Part shown: positions 60,016 through 64,000 of the stretch, one piece after another
How the letters are laid out: each line of letters begins with the position of its first letter
Position numbering within the stretch: position 1 is the first letter of the stretch
Translations under genes and position numbers: made by a program
From: Truepera sp.
GTDB lineage: Bacteria; Deinococcota; Deinococci; Deinococcales; Trueperaceae
Length of the DNA: 64,000 nucleotides
Direction of reading: 5' to 3'
NCBI GenBank assembly: GCA_965218435.1
Contig: CBDCKW010000005.1
Location: 544,001-608,000, forward strand
Notes under the pieces: generated by a model
What the model was told of the DNA's origin: nothing
Databases searched by the model: none
The model's input: the letters and a program-made list of their open reading frames with translations, nothing else

Positions 60016-60583
60016 CTAAACAACACACCGACTAAAGTCGGAGGGTTTGAGGCAACGACTGAAAGTCAGGATACGGGTCGTAGACCCGTTAGCCCTCTGT
60101 CTTGAAGTTGTCGTCTCGGGTCGGTTCGAAGTGGTGCTCCAAATAGCTTTTGATCATTTCCTCCGTTACCTGTCCCACCGTTGCACAGAAGTATCCCCTC
60201 GCCCAGCAGTGCCGCCCCCAGTACCTCGCTTTTAGCTTCGGATACTCCTCGAACAGCTTGCTCGCACTCCGCCCCTTGACACGCCTCATGATTTCGCTCG
60301 GTGCCATCGTCGGCGGAGCACTTACCAAGATGTGTACATGGTCACTACTGACTACTCCGCTCAGTATTCGTATCTCGAACGCTTCGCAGGTTTGCCGTAC
60401 CAGTTCTCGCACTCGCTCGGCAACATCACCCTTCAGCACCTTGTAGCGGTATTTCGTCACCCATACGAAGTGGTACTCGATGTTGAAAACTGTCTGACTG
60501 CCGTAGCGGTATGCCATTCACCAAGGCTAACAGATGAAATCTGACCGCCTAAAGGCGGTGGCTTTAACCTTACACTTGGAATA
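60016..60583 (-). mobile_element. IS200/IS605 family element, tnpA only, 568 bp
   Basis: Inserted 3' of TTAC and ends in TTAG; subterminal hairpins ACCGCCTTTAGGCGGT and CCGACTTTAGTCGG; no target duplication. Confidence 0.92.
60089..60517 (-). CDS. tnpA: Y1 HUH transposase
   Basis: YHFVWVTKYR, DHVHIL, KGRS, W.RGYF, catalytic Tyr in IKSYLEHH. Confidence 0.95.
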   Translation of the reverse strand: MAYRYGSQTVFNIEYHFVWVTKYRYKVLKGDVAERVRELVRQTCEAFEIRILSGVVSSDHVHILVSAPPTMAPSEIMRRVKGRSASKLFEEYPKLKARYWGRHCWARGYFCATVGQVTEEMIKSYLEHHFEPTRDDNFKTEG

Positions 60584-60622
60584 GTAAAACACCAACGTGT
60601 CGGTATCAAGCAGGTAGGTCAT

Positions 60623-60850
60623 TTACAGATCAACGTCACGGCCAAATGATCGTTCTGGCAGAAGGTCTTTATCGGCAAGCGGTTCATCTCGCCATACCCC
60701 GGAGAGGCTGGCAAGTGGATGCGCTTCGCCAATCGCATCGCTTTTGCTAGCTACGCGTCTAGCGAGGAGGAAAGCTGCGAAGTCCTCGACCTCCTCGCGC
60801 AAGTCTGGAGGTAGGGCTGCGAGTGTGCGTTCAAGCTTTACATCGGCCAT
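60623..60850 (-). CDS. DUF2281-like antitoxin
   Basis: LPPDLREEVEDFAAFL..LSGVW; abuts the vapC start codon. Confidence 0.8.
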   Translation of the reverse strand: MADVKLERTLAALPPDLREEVEDFAAFLLARRVASKSDAIGEAHPLASLSGVWRDEPLADKDLLPERSFGRDVDL

Positions 60851-60929
60851 AACGCCATTATAGGGCGGAATTATTGAGGAAAGTAACGTCGGTAAGTCGC
60901 TTGCCTCGATTCGCCGGAGAGGTGGACGT

Positions 60930-61544
60930 CCGTATGGGTGAGCATCAGCGCTTTATGCTGGCGAGCCTACTCCGGCAGTTGGATTTTCTCGAGGTGGAGG
61001 TCGAAGCCATAGACCGCAAGGTAGCTGAGCAACTTGCGGATAAAGATGAGCTTATCGAGCGGCTTGACGCCATTCCCGGCGTAGGGCGGCGTGTTGCCGA
61101 GGAGGTGCTGGCTGAGATTGGTACCGACATGAGCCGTTTTGCCAGCAGTGCTCATTTGGCATCATGGACACGCATCTGTCCGGGCAACCATGAAAGCGGC
61201 GGTAAACGCCGCACCGAAAGCATCGGCCCCGGTAACCATTGGTTGCGAAGTGCTTTGGTCGAAGCGGCAAGGGCCGCAGCGATGACCAAGAAGTCCTACC
61301 TGTCAGCGCAGTATCGACGAATCAGAGCCCGGCGCGGCGGTAAACGAGCCGCCATTGCGGTAGCTCACAGCATCTTGACTATCATCTACCACCTCATTAG
61401 GGACGGCACCACTTACGAAGACCTGGGCACGGACTACTTCGAGGAGCGAGCGCGGGACAGAGTGCTTCACCAGTCCGTCAAGCGCATCGAGCGGCTCGGC
61501 TACCAGGTGTCTGTCGTTACGCCATAGGGGAGATTTTCGGAGGA
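60930..61544 (+). pseudogene. IS110 family transposase, 5'-truncated
   Basis: IPGVG..AEIGTDMSRF..ICPGNHESGGK..AVAHSIL; the N-terminal DEDD domain is absent. Confidence 0.88.
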
Positions 61545-62456
61545 AGGCAGTTGGGTTCTTTGCCAGAGAAAGCAAGTGAGATACCGTTTCATTGAGCGGG
61601 AGCGTCAGAGCTACCCGGTGGAGCGCTTGTGCAAGATGATGGAGGTGTCCAGGAGCGGCTTCTATGGCTGGCGGAGAAGGCCAAAAAGCAAGCGGGCGCA
61701 ACAAGATGAGGGGCTGACCCGGCAAATCCATCATATCTATGCCCAGAATCGAAGGGTCTACGGTGCCCCTCGCATACATGCTGAACTGCGTGACCAGGAC
61801 ATACGTTGTAGCCGCAAGCGCGTGGCACGGCTGATGCGCTCGGCAGGGCTCAAAGGCAAGGTCAAAGGAGCCAAAAAACCTAAACGGTCAGCACCATCCG
61901 TGCCTGCCACTAATCTTCTCAAGGCACATGGGGCAGTGACAAAAACCGATCAGGTTTGGATCTCTGACATTACCTACTTGCGTTACCGCTGAAGGCTGGC
62001 TCTACCTAGCAGTCGTCATCGACGCCTACTCTAGGCGTGTCGTTGGCTGGGCTATGAGGGCGCGTTTAACAGCGGCACTGGCGATAGATGCCTTCACCAT
62101 GGCATGGCAGCGAAGATGTCCGCTACCCGGACTCATTTGTCATTCGGATCGCGGCAGCCAATACACCAGCACGAGCTTTCGGACAGCCCTCGGGGCAGCG
62201 AGAGCGTTACCAAGCATGGGAAGAGGTGCTCTAGACAACGCTCTTGCAGAAAGTTTCTTCGCTACTCTCAAATGCGAGGAAGCACGCATTTACCCCTCTC
62301 GTGACCTAGCTAGACGCTACCTCTTCAACTACCTGGAAACGTTTTACAATCGGCAAAGGCGACACTCGAGTCTAGGCTTTCTCTCCCCGGCAATATTCGA
62401 GGAGTTGGCAGCTAAGCAACGCTTAACCGACTGTCTTCAATAACGGGGCAAGATCA
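61545..62456 (+). mobile_element. IS3 family element, 5'-truncated and frameshifted
   Basis: orfA tail AVGFFARESK; orfB YGAPRI, WISDITY, frameshift near 61985, HSDRGSQY, AESFF; right end GGGGCAAGATCA. Confidence 0.88.
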
Positions 62457-62482
62457 ATTTTAGGGTACAGCGACCTAGTGGA

Positions 62483-63148
62483 TCACACATGTCGTGCCCG
62501 CTCGAGGGCCGTTCGAAGCGCTGCCGCCCGGGTGCCAAGCGCTTCTCCTTCAGCGGAGGTAAGGGGAACATCCTTGACTAGATAACTTCCAACCCCAAAC
62601 GCTACCCCGCCCGCCTGGTGGAACGCACCAAGCGTTTCCGGGTCGACGCCGCCGGTCGGAACAAAGCCTAAATTGTCGAGCGGAGCACGTAGGGCTTTGA
62701 GATAGCCCGGCCCGAGAGCGTCGGCGGGAAACAGTTTTACCATGCTGCATCCGGCCCGGTACGCCGTCTGTGCCTCGGTCGCGGTAAATATGCCAGGGAG
62801 GATAAGAGTATCACGCGTTTGTGCTAAGGCAACCGCCTCGAGGTCTAGGCTGGGAGCGACAAGGAAGCGAGCACCAGCGTCTAGCGCCCGCCGCGCGTCC
62901 GCAGCGGTGCGAACCGTACCCGCACCTACTAACAGGTTGCTTGCAAAAATCTTATTGAGCTGACTGATGCCCTCGAGCGCGTCCCGACTGTTAAGGGTAA
63001 TCTCCAAAACACGTATTCCACCCGCTAAAAGCGCCTCAGCAATGCCCTGCTGCTCGTCGAGAGAAAAGTCGCCCCGGATAATGGCGACAAGACCGTCCTC
63101 ACGGATTTGTTGGCCTATTTGCTGGCTGTTCACGAGCTTACCCTCCAC
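62483..63148 (-). CDS. eda: KDPG/KHG aldolase
   Basis: AIIRG, LEIT, GAGTV, KLFPA, PTGGV. Confidence 0.92.
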   Translation of the reverse strand: MEGKLVNSQQIGQQIREDGLVAIIRGDFSLDEQQGIAEALLAGGIRVLEITLNSRDALEGISQLNKIFASNLLVGAGTVRTAADARRALDAGARFLVAPSLDLEAVALAQTRDTLILPGIFTATEAQTAYRAGCSMVKLFPADALGPGYLKALRAPLDNLGFVPTGGVDPETLGAFHQAGGVAFGVGSYLVKDVPLTSAEGEALGTRAAALRTALERARHV

Positions 63149-63268
63149 TAAAATGGTGACGGGCGTAGCGTCACTACACGTACCTGTACGAAATCATCAG
63201 AATGCGAACCTTATTCGTGCTGCTCTTATCGTCGAAGCGTTGGGGAGCCTTTGTAAACTAGTGGACAC

Positions 63269-64000
63269 CTAGTTATCAGCTCCCCGTAAGTCGAGTTCCC
63301 CCGCGTAATGACAGGCAGCAAAGCGGTTTTTCGTAATCTCACGAAGCTCCGGTCTTTCTACGCGACACCGCTCTTGGGCATACTGGCAGCGTGGATGGAA
63401 GTAGCAGCCGGACGGCGGATCAGCCGGATTGGGGGTTTCCCCCTGCAGCTGCACCGCTATATTTCGCTGCGAAGGATCCGGTTTCGGAACCGAAGCGAGC
63501 AGTGCAGCGGTATAGGGGTGCAGCGGGTTGGTAAAGAGCGCTAAAGTTTCTGCACTTTCGGCGACCTTGCCAATGTACATCACGACAACCCGGTCTGAAA
63601 TGTGCTCGACCACCCCTAGGTCGTGGGAGATAAACAAGTAAGCCAGCTCGAACTCTCGCTGAAGGTCTTGGAGCAGGTTTAAGACCTGTGCCTGAATGGA
63701 TACGTCAAGGGCAGATACCGCTTCGTCGGCAACAATGAGCGACGGGTTGGTCGCCAACGCCCGCGCAATCCCGATGCGCTGCCGCTGCCCACCTGAGAAT
63801 GCATGAGGGTAACGGTTAAGGTGTTTGACCTCGAGGCCCACGACGTTCATCAAAGTTTTGACCCGTTCTACGAGCGCACGACCTTTTGCCCTACCGCTGA
63901 TGACGAGCGGTTCCCCGACAATCTCGAGTACCGTCATCCGCGGGTCTAAAGACGAGTAGGGGTCTTGAAAGATCATCTGCATATGTGGCCGAATAGACCG
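63269..64000 (-). CDS. Oligopeptide ABC ATPase (OppF/AppF-like); 5' end lies outside the window
   Basis: [37 protein letters not shown]. Confidence 0.92.
   Translation of the reverse strand, partial: RSIRPHMQMIFQDPYSSLDPRMTVLEIVGEPLVISGRAKGRALVERVKTLMNVVGLEVKHLNRYPHAFSGGQRQRIGIARALATNPSLIVADEAVSALDVSIQAQVLNLLQDLQREFELAYLFISHDLGVVEHISDRVVVMYIGKVAESAETLALFTNPLHPYTAALLASVPKPDPSQRNIAVQLQGETPNPADPPSGCYFHPRCQYAQERCRVERPELREITKNRFAACHYAGELDLRGADN

Larger units (their letters stand above)
59653..60622 (-). pseudogene. vapC: vapC toxin interrupted by IS200; 133 aa if rejoined
   Basis: MTYLLDTDTLVFY (60622-60584) joins in frame with LRGREDVR..GELYYG..DLMIAATA..TGN..HF (60015-59653). Confidence 0.9.

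Noticed and set aside
60089..60517. TnpB/omegaRNA system
   Set aside because: No tnpB is present; the element ends 73 bp after tnpA.
60861..60885. Sequence resembling a second IS110 right end
   Set aside because: The similarity to 61525-61545 is short and could be chance.

Overview
GC-rich accessory DNA, most likely a large plasmid or secondary replicon. A Deinococcota (Truepera-like) host is inferred only from gene content and strong CTCGAG enrichment, so it is not established. In order: (1) a candidate anti-phage island (466-10894) with two large STAND/NACHT NTPases carrying PD-(D/E)xK nucleases at opposite ends, followed by a TPR-like gene and a HEPN gene; (2) SCO and TlpA genes; (3) a Rep_3 initiator with an origin of six iterons in exact 22-bp phase; (4) vapBC, a 180-bp MITE, an IS30 remnant and a complete group II intron inside a metallophosphoesterase gene; (5) an ABC exporter with a two-component system; (6) an AraC-linked oxidoreductase cluster containing several pseudogenes; (7) vapBC, a tyrosine recombinase and IS701; (8) a 14-gene FadR-regulated sugar/glycoside catabolic operon with an ABC importer; (9) decayed IS3 and IS110 elements, plus an IS200 that splits a vapC toxin in a precisely reversible way; (10) eda and a partial oligopeptide ABC ATPase. 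No rRNA, tRNA or CRISPR array was seen. All calls come from motif reading by eye; no database searches were run.
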